NCBI GenBank assembly: GCA_002298995.1
Contig: DBMO01000046.1
Coordinates: 12,567 to 76,566 of the forward strand
DNA length: 64,000 nucleotides
Direction of reading: 5' to 3'
From: Desulfarculales bacterium UBA696
GTDB taxonomy: Bacteria > Desulfobacterota > Syntrophobacteria > Syntrophobacterales > Syntrophobacteraceae
The notes under the pieces were generated by a model. It saw only the letters and a program-made list of their open reading frames with translations. It was not told the DNA's origin and made no database searches. Positions within the stretch are counted from its first letter, which is position 1; the number at the start of each line of letters is the position of its first letter. Of this stretch, positions 20,360-29,140 are shown piece after piece. Both the position numbers and the translations under genes were made by a program.

Positions 20360-20405
20360 ATAAAAAGAACCGGCGGCCCATAAAAGGACCGCCGGTTCAT
20401 TTTAT
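20360..20405. terminator. Bidirectional hairpin terminator between the convergent hppA and meaB-like genes
   Basis: GAACCGGCGG-12 nt-CCGCCGGTTC, flanked by an A-run upstream and ATTTTAT downstream. Confidence 0.6.
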
Positions 20406-20406
20406 A

Positions 20407-20430
20407 TGTAGCGCAGGCTTTCCAGCCTGC
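20407..20430. repeat. Dispersed short palindromic element, family A
   Basis: TGTAGCGCAGGCTTTCCAGCCTGC, with related copies at 30538-30559, 35657-35679 and 38241-38263. Confidence 0.7.
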
Positions 20431-20443
20431 CTCAGCCGACCTC

Positions 20444-21400
20444 CTACCCCAATTCCCTGGAGATAATCTCCTGAACGAGGGTGTACGGGTCTGATTTCTT
20501 ATCGACCACCTTTTCGACCAGCTCGTCCAGGGAATCCCCCCTCGCCTCCATCCTGTCAAGAAGGGTCCGGAATGCCTGATCTTTCAGGGTTTCGATAAGC
20601 TGTATCCTAACCCGCTTTTCGATCACTTCCTTCCACTTGTCCTCGCCGCTTGAGAGCAGGTAACTCCTGTGTTTTTCGATCGCGCCGTGCAGTTCTTCCA
20701 TGCCGCGCGATTTAAGTGCCTCGGTTTCTATGATCGGCGGCTCCCAGCCGTTCGATCCACCTCGGCGGCATCCTATCTCGATCATGTTGCGCAACTCGCG
20801 GATTGTTTTCCTGGATCCTTCGCGATCTGCCTTGTTCACCACGAAGATGTTTCCGATCTCCATTATGCCCGCTTTGATCGCCTGGATGTCGTCTCCCATT
20901 CCCGGCACCGTCACCAGGACCGTGCTATGGGCGGAGTTTGCGATCTCGACCTCATCCTGACCCACACCAACCGTCTCGACAATTATGATGTCCTTGCCCA
21001 TGGCATCCAGGACGTTCACCATGTCATTGGTGGACCTGGTCAGACCGCCGAAATGACCGCGAGTGGCGAGACTTCGGATAAAGACCCCGGCATCCAGGAA
21101 ATGTCGCTGCATGCGAATGCGGTCCCCCAGTATCGCCCCTCCGCTAAATGGGCTGGTGGGGTCCACCGCCAGGATTCCCACCGTCTTGCCCTCCTTGCGG
21201 TAGAGTATGGCCATTTGATCGACTAGGGTGCTTTTCCCAACGCCCGGCGAGCCGGTGAACCCGATCACGTAAGCCTTGCCGGTGTGCGGGTAGAGTTCTT
21301 TGAGGATCTCCTTCGAGGTGGGTATTTCGTCATCTATATCGCGAAGGAGCCGGGCCGTGGCGCGCACGTCACCGGAAATTATCTGTTCGACTATGTCCAT
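20444..21400 (-). CDS. Mutase-associated G-protein chaperone (MeaB/ArgK family)
   Basis: GSPGVGKST P-loop, VETVGVGQ and NKAD motifs. Start chosen at MDIVEQIISGDVRATARLL; the ORF is open to 21487. Confidence 0.85.
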   Translation of the reverse strand: MDIVEQIISGDVRATARLLRDIDDEIPTSKEILKELYPHTGKAYVIGFTGSPGVGKSTLVDQMAILYRKEGKTVGILAVDPTSPFSGGAILGDRIRMQRHFLDAGVFIRSLATRGHFGGLTRSTNDMVNVLDAMGKDIIIVETVGVGQDEVEIANSAHSTVLVTVPGMGDDIQAIKAGIMEIGNIFVVNKADREGSRKTIRELRNMIEIGCRRGGSNGWEPPIIETEALKSRGMEELHGAIEKHRSYLLSSGEDKWKEVIEKRVRIQLIETLKDQAFRTLLDRMEARGDSLDELVEKVVDKKSDPYTLVQEIISRELG

Positions 21401-21629
21401 GATCAAAGCCTCGTCACTTTTAAGAAAGACTCTCCGGGTTTGGCTTAATTGACCAAAGCGTTCTCCCCGTCGAAAAGATGGCTTCAAGGTAAATTCTTGC
21501 GAGCAAAGCCGCTACTCATCCACGCTGATACCCCGCGGCGGGTGAGCGGCGGATGACCGTCCGCCTTCAGCCGCATCGCTGCCGCCGGCCCGGAAAGGAA
21601 GCCGGTGCGGCCAAACATTTACGCAAGCG

Positions 21630-22058
21630 CTACCTGGCCTTCAAAGCCACGGCCTGCCGCGGCTGGATGTTTGTCGTTACCCAGTCGGTAATGTCCTGGA
21701 GCTTTGCGCCCGGTTCAAAGATCTCCTTGATTCCGATCTCCTTGAGTTTGGGGATGTCCTCCAGCGGAAAGATGCCGCCGCCGATTACGGAAATATCCTG
21801 GGCATTGCTCTCCTTGAGAAGCTCCATAATCCTGGGAAAAGAATAGGTATGCGCGCCTGAGAGGATGCTGAGACCGATTATGTCCACGTCCTCTTGGATG
21901 GCGGTGCTTACGATCTGCTCGGGTGTCTGATGGCACCCGGTATATACGACCTCGAAACCCGCGTCCCTGAAAGCTCGGGCGATAACGCGAGCGCCGCGGT
22001 CATGGCCGTCAAGGCCGGGCTTTGCAACCAATATGCGGAGTTTCCTTCCTTTTTCCAT
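21630..22058 (-). CDS. Cobalamin-binding small subunit of a split acyl-CoA mutase
   Basis: [29 protein letters not shown] contains the DxHxxG B12-binding motif. 142 aa, RBS GGGAGG. Confidence 0.85.
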   Translation of the reverse strand: MEKGRKLRILVAKPGLDGHDRGARVIARAFRDAGFEVVYTGCHQTPEQIVSTAIQEDVDIIGLSILSGAHTYSFPRIMELLKESNAQDISVIGGGIFPLEDIPKLKEIGIKEIFEPGAKLQDITDWVTTNIQPRQAVALKAR

Positions 22059-22159
22059 GGAAACATTACCTCCCTGTTAGAAAAATAAACATCTATATGT
22101 CCGATCCCTAATCCGCGCGTATTTATTTACGCGCTCGATGCCGCGTCGGCCGAGGCCGC

Positions 22160-23860
22160 CTAAAAAGTTCCGGGATCTGTGTATACTCCGAACACCTCGC
22201 GGTAGAGATCGCAGCATTCCTGCTCGGTTGCCCCGGCGCGCACCGCCTCGATGAGGGCCGGCATGACGTTGTTCTCCCAGGACGGGGGGCCTTCGCAGCG
22301 CCGGCGCAGCTCGTCCATTGCCCTGCGATACCTGTCCTTATTGCGTTTTTCCTTGAACTGATTGGTGCGGTCGACTTGCATCTTCTCGATCGTGTCGTCG
22401 ATCTTGAGGACGAATTCCAGTTCCCGCCGCTCTGAAGCGTACTTATTCACGCCGATGATGAGCTTCTCGCCCGCCTCGACCTGCTGCTGGAAGTGGTAGG
22501 CCGCATCCGCAATTTCCATCTGCGGGTAGTCGCGCTCGATTGCCCGAACCATTCCGCCCAGTTCATCGAGCTTCCTGATGTATTCAGTTGCTTCCTCTTC
22601 CATCTTGTCCGTAAGCGCCTCGATGAAGTACGAGCCGGCGAGCGGATCTATTACATTGGTTACCCCGGTTTCGTCGGCAAGGATCTGCTGGGTGCGAAGG
22701 GCGATGAGCACGGCCTCCTCGCTCGGGATCATGTAAACTTCATCAAGCGAATTGGTGTGCAGGGACTGCGTGCCGCCGAGAATCGCCGCAAGGCCTTCGG
22801 TGGTAGTACGGATGATGTTATTGTAAGGTTCCTGGGCGGTAAGCGAGCATCCTGCCGTTTGCGTATGGAACCGCATGAGCATGGACCTGGGGTCCTTGGC
22901 CTTGAAGCGCTCTTTCATCAACCGGGCCCACAAGCGGCGACTCGCCCGCATTTTGGCTATTTCTTCGAAAAAGTCTATGTGCGAGTTCCAGAAGAAGGAG
23001 AGTCTTCCGGCAAAATCATCTACAGCCAGGCCCCGTTTGATGCCTTCTTCCACGTAGGTGATGCCGTCATAGATCGTAAAGGCGAGTTCCTGCACCGCTG
23101 TCGAGCCCGCCTCGCGGATGTGGTAGCCGCTGATGCTAATGGTGTTCCAGCGGGGCACCTCGCGCGTTCCGAACTCGACGGTATCGGTAACGAGCCGCAG
23201 GCTCGGCTCGGGTGGAAGCATGAGCGTCTTCTGCGCGATGAATTCCTTGAGGCAGTCGTTCTGGATGGTGCCGCCAAGTTTGCTCCGGGAGTAGCCCTCG
23301 TTTTCCGCATTGGCAATGTACATCGCCCAGACTATCGAAGCGGGCGGGTTGATGGTCATCGACGTGGTGACCTTTTCGAGATTGATATTGGCGAAAAGGC
23401 GCTGCATGTCCTCGACGGTGTCAATTGCCACTCCGCATTTTCCGCACTCGCCCCGAGCGAGTGGAGAATTGGTATCGTAGCCCATGAGGGTCGGAAAATC
23501 GAAGGCAGTGCTCAGGCCGGTTTCACCGTGGTTTATAAGGTAATGAAACCGCTGGTTTGTATCTTCGGATGTTCCCAGGCCGGCAAACATTCGCATGGTC
23601 CAGAGCCGGGCGCGGTACATCGTGCTCTGGACGCCCCTGGTAAAGGGATAGAATCCCGGAAAACCAATTTCTTCGAAAAAATCTTTGTGTTCAATATCCT
23701 GGGGGGTGTAAAGCGGTTTTATCTCCAGGTCGGATACCGTGGAGAAACGACCGAGGCGCTCGGGCATTTTCTGAAGCGCTTGTTTATACTCCGCCAGCCA
23801 CTCGTTATATTCTGTTTGCATCCTTTCGAGCGCCGATTCGGAAAGAACCTTTTTTCCCAT
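22160..23860 (-). CDS. Acyl-CoA mutase large (substrate-binding) subunit with an isobutyryl-CoA-mutase-like active-site signature
   Basis: 566 aa, colinear with the MutB N-terminal barrel (YPFTRG, SISGYHIREAG, TQSLHTNSLDE). WTMRMFAGLG (Phe where MCM has Tyr) and EFIAQKTLMLPP (Gln where MCM has Arg). Confidence 0.85.
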   Translation of the reverse strand: MGKKVLSESALERMQTEYNEWLAEYKQALQKMPERLGRFSTVSDLEIKPLYTPQDIEHKDFFEEIGFPGFYPFTRGVQSTMYRARLWTMRMFAGLGTSEDTNQRFHYLINHGETGLSTAFDFPTLMGYDTNSPLARGECGKCGVAIDTVEDMQRLFANINLEKVTTSMTINPPASIVWAMYIANAENEGYSRSKLGGTIQNDCLKEFIAQKTLMLPPEPSLRLVTDTVEFGTREVPRWNTISISGYHIREAGSTAVQELAFTIYDGITYVEEGIKRGLAVDDFAGRLSFFWNSHIDFFEEIAKMRASRRLWARLMKERFKAKDPRSMLMRFHTQTAGCSLTAQEPYNNIIRTTTEGLAAILGGTQSLHTNSLDEVYMIPSEEAVLIALRTQQILADETGVTNVIDPLAGSYFIEALTDKMEEEATEYIRKLDELGGMVRAIERDYPQMEIADAAYHFQQQVEAGEKLIIGVNKYASERRELEFVLKIDDTIEKMQVDRTNQFKEKRNKDRYRRAMDELRRRCEGPPSWENNVMPALIEAVRAGATEQECCDLYREVFGVYTDPGTF

Positions 23861-24706
23861 TCTGACCTCCTACAGTGATTTAAGAGTAACACTAGCGATG
23901 ATCTGGGAAGCACCGGATCAAGTAAGACATTGCTGAAAGAGCCGCCGCAGAGGACGGCGAATCGAGGGCGGGGGACACGTGCAGCCCTTTTAATGCGGCC
24001 AACACATGACCCGCCTTGTTGTTTCCCGGTTCGGGGAGAATAAATTGAAAAAAGCCTGTATTGATTGAGCTGTCGGACCGAGCCTTGAGACAAGGAGCGT
24101 GAAAGGGGGCGCAAGCTTCGAGGACAGAAGGGAACTGAATGTGCTTTGCATTATTGCCCGACAAAAAGGCTCAATTGTGTAACCCCAAACAATTAAACAG
24201 AGAGTGTTTGCTATGTCAAACAGTTTTTACTTGACCCAAAGTGGAAAGTTCTGTTACTAGGAAGTTGTACGAAATCCCGGAACATATCGATTAAATCCAC
24301 GCTCATTTTGAAACACTTCCGAGTCGACCTCCTCTGCTCAAGCGGCCCGGTTCCGGAAAAAGCATTGACCAGGCGGCATCCTAAACTCCGGCTCCTCTAA
24401 TCCTCCACCGGACAAACTCAAATCTTGCACAAAATGCCGCAAGGTGCTTTGCAGCCGAACAACTATCGATTTTATATTTTTAACGTTCGGAGTTCATTTG
24501 CCTCGGCCTTCACCGGCCTTGCAGTAGATGCATCCTCATCCCGTGTTCGTCTTTAAACAATTAATTCTGCGACACTTATTAAAACCCGTACCACTCTTTG
24601 AAAGCCCGTTGGACGCAGAGCGACCCCCGAGAGGAGGTGATAAAGAGGAGGCGCGTAACGCCATCTTACCCGATCAATGATGAAACTATCTACTTAGGAG
24701 GATATT

Positions 24707-26002
24707 ATGGCAGATGTTCTAAAACCGCGCTGGGGACAGCCGGTAACTGGCATTATTTCATCAATTGCATTCTTTCTCGTAGCTTTGCTTACGTGGTTTA
24801 TTTTCAGCGATCCCCGAGGTCCCGTAGGCTCTTTTCCCTATCCGTTCGTTCTCTATCTGGCAATGATGATTTTGGTGGGCCTTTGGCAGCACATGTTCCT
24901 TGGAGACTGGCCTTTTCAGGACATCGGCCAGCCGTGGCGGGGCATTATCGAAACCGTCGTCAACCTGGTCGTGGTCTGGTTTGTAATCCATATCGTATTT
25001 TACAGGGTCCTCGGACTTGGATTCAACTTCCTCAGCCAGGTTAATCTCGAAAACATCGCCGCAGCCGGAAATCTGGTGCTGCCCGGACCCGAGGGCAAGA
25101 AAATGACCCTCGAGGCCATTAGCGCACCTACAGCGCGATTTGCTGAACGGGCAGTCGTATGCTTTGTCCTCATCGGTTTTTATTCGTACCCGTTCGTTAC
25201 AATCCTTTTCGGCAAATGGCCAATTCGTCCCAGTAATCTCACACAGCCTCAGGCAGGCTTTGCCGAGCTTGGCTGGACCACGATGCTGACACTCTTCTTA
25301 TACACCATCCTGATCGTGCCTTTCTGGGGGATGATATGGGGGACCTCGTTCGGCACCTCGGTTGGTTTCAATACGCCCTGGTGGGGCGGTATTGCCGGGA
25401 CCAAGCACGTCCACTGGGTATTTGGATGGTGGGAATGGATGATCATCGTCCTTTTCATGACGCCAAACGTATGGCGGATGAAGCCCTGGACAACCATCAA
25501 CCTCCCACAACCCTGGAAGGGTGCTGTATCCTTCGTCATCAATGTCGCCCTAGGATATTTTATTGCATGGCTTTGCGTTAAACTCGCGTACCTGTGGATG
25601 GACATGGGCAGCGTGACTCAACACCTCCCTGCAGGCGACAAGGGGGACCCGACCCGCTTCCTGTGGTATCACGCCGCGGAGATCGCCGGCTTTACGCTTA
25701 TTCCTTTCCTTGCCTGGCATCACTATTTCGACGATATGTGCATACAGTCGGATAAGGATTCTTGGGGAGCATTCTGGTTCAGGACTTTGGGCGTTGGCGT
25801 TCTCATGGCCATAAACTACATTTTCTTCTATTATATTAACTTCGGCTACTGGGGACTCGGCAACGGCCACATGCACGGCACGGTCGCCGAAAGATTCATT
25901 CACGGCGAATCGCTGATCTGGAACTTCTGGTGGATCATTCCGCTTCTGTGGAACGAGTGGTTCTTCCACAAATGGCCGTTCTACGTGCATGAACACCACT
26001 AG
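24707..26002 (+). CDS. Polytopic membrane protein, Trp/aromatic-rich, function unknown
   Basis: 431 aa with about 10 or more hydrophobic segments and strings such as WWGGIAGTKHVHWVFGWWEWMII and NFWWIIPLLWNEWFFHKWPFYVHEHH. Strong RBS TAGGAGG. No family recognised. Confidence 0.7.
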   Translation: MADVLKPRWGQPVTGIISSIAFFLVALLTWFIFSDPRGPVGSFPYPFVLYLAMMILVGLWQHMFLGDWPFQDIGQPWRGIIETVVNLVVVWFVIHIVFYRVLGLGFNFLSQVNLENIAAAGNLVLPGPEGKKMTLEAISAPTARFAERAVVCFVLIGFYSYPFVTILFGKWPIRPSNLTQPQAGFAELGWTTMLTLFLYTILIVPFWGMIWGTSFGTSVGFNTPWWGGIAGTKHVHWVFGWWEWMIIVLFMTPNVWRMKPWTTINLPQPWKGAVSFVINVALGYFIAWLCVKLAYLWMDMGSVTQHLPAGDKGDPTRFLWYHAAEIAGFTLIPFLAWHHYFDDMCIQSDKDSWGAFWFRTLGVGVLMAINYIFFYYINFGYWGLGNGHMHGTVAERFIHGESLIWNFWWIIPLLWNEWFFHKWPFYVHEHH

Positions 26003-26019
26003 GCCGATCTTGGTTAAAT

Positions 26020-26060
26020 AAAAAAAGGGGCTCCGGAGACTGTTTCCGGCGCCCCTTTTA
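26020..26060. terminator. Bidirectional rho-independent terminator
   Basis: AAAAAAAGGGGCTCCGGA-gactgtt-TCCGGCGCCCCTTTTA lies between convergent genes. Confidence 0.75.
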
Positions 26061-26108
26061 TATTGCGGTGCACATAAGATATCAGACCCTCCGCCTTCCT
26101 CGGTTCCT

Positions 26109-27968
26109 CTACAGTTTCTCGGAAACCTGGCGGATGCAATTTAGTTGAGTCCGGATTCTCTCAATGGCGGCTAGTTTGTCTGCCAGGGCCGACTCGCTCT
26201 TCGAGGCCTGCTCTTCTCCCTGCGAGCGCAGGTCCATGCCGCGTTCCATGGCCTTCGAGATGCCCTCTGAGATTGCTTCCATTTTTCGGATCATTTCGGA
26301 GCGGAATGCACCGGCGCTTTTGTTCAGACGTTCGATGAAGTCGAAGCGCAGCCTTCCCGAGTGCATTTCGATTGCTTCGAGCATGTGGCGTTTTCGCTTG
26401 CCGACAATGAAACGATTGGCTTTGCGGTAGGCCCACCCCTTGATGCGCTCGAACCTTCCGCTGATATAGCCGGGAAAGACCTGCGTAAGGGATTCTGTCA
26501 GCATGTCGAGGCCGACCGCTTCTTCACGCAGCTTGTATTGGAACGACGATTCGGAGAACCACGACGATTCTGCTTCCACCGGCTCGAAGGGAACGCAGAA
26601 GAGCTGGGAGGAAAAGTCGAGAAGCGAATCGATCATCTGGTTTACTCGGGCCGCGAAGCGGCGGCAGATGCCCTCGAATGCCTCCGAGAGCCGCTCCTCC
26701 TCCAGCTCGCGCCAGGCGGAAAACTCGCTCTGGATTCTTCCACGCACAAAGCCTTCCAGTGCGTCATTGAGCTCCCGCAGTGATAAATCCTTCTTTCCCT
26801 CATGGAACCGGCCGAATTCCACATCCATTTTTGGAACAAGGCTGCTTTTGAGTTTGCCAAGGTCGCTGTCCAGTTCCCTGACTATAAGGCGCTCGAGTTC
26901 GGCGCTAAATAGTGTGTCAAATTCGCGCCTCTCGCGCAGCAGTTCTTCTTTCTTGTTCACGAACGAGTCTATTTTTCCACGGATCTGTTCGACGGGAGTC
27001 ATGAGGGACTTCAACTCGAGTTCGGTCTCCAGCTTCACGCCGGAGAGGGTCCTCAGAAGGTTCCGGGCGGCAGAGCCCAGCAGGACTTTTCCCTTTTCCT
27101 TCATGAGAAACCGGTCAAGCGCCTCCGAGAACGCCGGAAGCCCGCTTTGGGAAAGAAGCTTCCGCGCACCGTCGATTTTTCCGGAAAGGGCGAGTTTCGC
27201 CGAAACCGGGAAAATCTTAATCCCCGTGCCCATGATGTTTTCGACGGCTGCTCTCGAAAAATCGAGCGAGCGTTCGACCTCGTCATCCGAGAGATAGTCG
27301 ATCTTATTTAGAAGGAAAAAGATCCTGTCGGCAAATTCACGCACGTCTCTCAAAAACTCGAGTTCAGCGCTGCCCGCGGGCTGGTCCACCGATAGCAAAA
27401 ACAGCGCGGCATCGGATTTTGGAAGATACCTGTAGGCAACATCGGTATTGTGGACGTAGACCGACCCGACCCCCGGCGTATCTACGAGGCGAACCCCGCC
27501 CTTGAGATACTGGGATGGGTACATTACCACCACTTCCCGGACCAGTTTCTCGTTTTGAGGATTTCCACCCTCGGTTACGTATTCCGGCAGGGACTCGACC
27601 GGGATATCCATGATCTTTCCGTCAGTGAAAAAGACCTTTGCCGCCACCTCCCGGCCATAAACCAGGACGGTTACGATGGAGGTCAGCGGCACGACTGATA
27701 CAGGCAGCAGATCGGCGCCGAGCAGGGCATTTATGAGACAGGTTTTGCCGCGTTTGAACTGGCCGACAACCACAAGGTTGAAGGTGTTGGCTTCGAGCTT
27801 TTCCTTCAACTCGAGACAGGACTGCGGGTCGCTCGGGCCAAGGTCGAGTATCTCGGAGATTGCATGAAAAATTTGCTCCCTCAGCCGCTTGTATTCGCTG
27901 GCGGCGCCGGCCTTGCGCTGATTCGAGCGGGGGGGAGACTCGGGTTTCCTGGGAATGGTTTTTCTCAT
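26109..27968 (-). CDS. Bacterial dynamin-like GTPase
   Basis: P-loop GQFKRGKTCLINALLG, then DTPG and NKID, followed by a long coiled-coil/stalk-like C-terminal region. Start chosen at MRKTIPRK; the upstream extension to 28133 crosses a repeat element. Confidence 0.8.
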   Translation of the reverse strand: MRKTIPRKPESPPRSNQRKAGAASEYKRLREQIFHAISEILDLGPSDPQSCLELKEKLEANTFNLVVVGQFKRGKTCLINALLGADLLPVSVVPLTSIVTVLVYGREVAAKVFFTDGKIMDIPVESLPEYVTEGGNPQNEKLVREVVVMYPSQYLKGGVRLVDTPGVGSVYVHNTDVAYRYLPKSDAALFLLSVDQPAGSAELEFLRDVREFADRIFFLLNKIDYLSDDEVERSLDFSRAAVENIMGTGIKIFPVSAKLALSGKIDGARKLLSQSGLPAFSEALDRFLMKEKGKVLLGSAARNLLRTLSGVKLETELELKSLMTPVEQIRGKIDSFVNKKEELLRERREFDTLFSAELERLIVRELDSDLGKLKSSLVPKMDVEFGRFHEGKKDLSLRELNDALEGFVRGRIQSEFSAWRELEEERLSEAFEGICRRFAARVNQMIDSLLDFSSQLFCVPFEPVEAESSWFSESSFQYKLREEAVGLDMLTESLTQVFPGYISGRFERIKGWAYRKANRFIVGKRKRHMLEAIEMHSGRLRFDFIERLNKSAGAFRSEMIRKMEAISEGISKAMERGMDLRSQGEEQASKSESALADKLAAIERIRTQLNCIRQVSEKL

Positions 27969-28020
27969 TTGACCTGTAAAAAGTTGGTGGACAATGCCCA
28001 CTAAATAGAAGAAGTTAAAC

Positions 28021-28053
28021 GTAGGTCGGGTTGATCGAGAGCGAAACCCAACG
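28021..28053. repeat. Short GTAGG-type hairpin element
   Basis: GTAGGTCGGGTTGATCGAGAGCGAAACCCAACG with stem GGGTT/AACCC, in the divergent promoter region between the dynamin-like gene and mltB. Confidence 0.6.
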
Positions 28054-28194
28054 ATAAATCGGTGGCTTATAGAGCTCTGAGGCAAAATCGCCGGCGGCCT
28101 GGCGCTCCTGATTGCGCCAAAGGCGCTGTTCACCTATAATTAACGCTTGGCTAAATCGCAAGGCAAAACTCAAAATCCAGCACTGCAAGGTTTT

Positions 28195-29124
28195 ATGAAA
28201 ATGAGGAGAATCGGTTTTTCGTTACTGAAAAGAGGATTGGCGCAAAGACTTTCCCTGTTGGCATTGATGGGAGTGGTGCTCCTTGCCGGCTCTCCGGCGT
28301 ATCCGTCCAAAGTGAAGCAGGCCATCCAGCCTGCCTCCGAAGACATTTACGCCGGCGTGAAGGAAAAACTCATAGCGGGTGGTTTCTCGAAGGATCAGGT
28401 TTTAAACCTCCTCGGCCCTGCCCCGTCCCCCATGTATAAGCTGATAGCCTCGACGCTTCGGATCCGCGAAGGCCAACTCAATTACGACCAATTCCTCGCG
28501 CCCTCCCAGATTGCCGCCGCGCGCTCATTTATCGACTCGCACCAGGCAACATTCGAGCGCGCAAGGCTCATCTATGGAGTCGAACCCGGTGTAATAGCCG
28601 CAATACTCCTGGTCGAAACCCATTTCGGATCATACACCGGCAAAACTCCAGTTCTCCCGGTGTTTGCGACATTTGCCATAATGGACCGCAAAGAAAACCG
28701 CGACCGCGTATGGAAAATGCTCGCGCCGCGCGACCGCGAAAAGTGGGGCCGCGAGGCATTCGACCGAAAGCTTCTCGACCGCTCCGCCTGGGCCTACAAG
28801 GAATTGGCGTCGCTGCTTGAACTTGCGGACACACGCGGGGTCAAGCCCTCATCATTCAGAGGCTCTGTAATGGGGGCATTCGGACTGCCGCAGTTTCTGC
28901 CAAGCAGCCTGGTAAAATTCGGGGCGGACGGTAACGGCGACGGCGTGATAGATCTCTACAATTCAGATGACGCAATATTCAGCACCGCCAATTACCTTAG
29001 GGGATACGGATGGTGCGATGCAAAATATCCCTCGGACAAGGAACAGGTGATCTGGCAATACAACCACAGCAAACCTTACGTGCGGTCAGTCCTCGGGATA
29101 GCGGAGATGCTCGTTCAGCAGTAA
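28195..29124 (+). CDS. mltB: Lytic murein transglycosylase B family
   Basis: LLVETHFGSY (catalytic Glu context) and GAFGLPQFLPSS...GADGNGDGVIDLYNSDDAIFSTANYLRGYGW. Signal peptide after MKMRRIG. Confidence 0.85.
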   Translation: MKMRRIGFSLLKRGLAQRLSLLALMGVVLLAGSPAYPSKVKQAIQPASEDIYAGVKEKLIAGGFSKDQVLNLLGPAPSPMYKLIASTLRIREGQLNYDQFLAPSQIAAARSFIDSHQATFERARLIYGVEPGVIAAILLVETHFGSYTGKTPVLPVFATFAIMDRKENRDRVWKMLAPRDREKWGREAFDRKLLDRSAWAYKELASLLELADTRGVKPSSFRGSVMGAFGLPQFLPSSLVKFGADGNGDGVIDLYNSDDAIFSTANYLRGYGWCDAKYPSDKEQVIWQYNHSKPYVRSVLGIAEMLVQQ

Positions 29125-29140
29125 TTTATGTTCCTCCATG

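Noticed and set aside
22493-23878. 461-aa ORF on the plus strand covering almost the whole mutase large-subunit gene
   Set aside because: It is exactly antisense to a gene with unmistakable mutase motifs. The translation is Arg/Gly/His-rich with no motif. This is the typical stop-free shadow frame of GC-rich coding DNA.
23861-24200. Cobalamin riboswitch in the leader of the B12-dependent mutase operon
   Set aside because: I read both strands for the B12-box (GCCACTG-like) and the AGGGAA...GGTG core and found no convincing match. Only a covariance-model scan could settle it.
26503-27297. 264-aa Ser/Arg-rich ORF antisense to the dynamin-like gene, plus similar long antisense ORFs at 8025-8780, 16590-17228, 53090-53683, 57087-57776 and 62074-62850
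   Set aside because: All lie opposite well-supported genes (ldt, htrA, clpP, histidine kinase, serA), have low-complexity translations and lack RBS-like sequences. I treat them as shadow frames. Antisense translation cannot be excluded without Ribo-seq.
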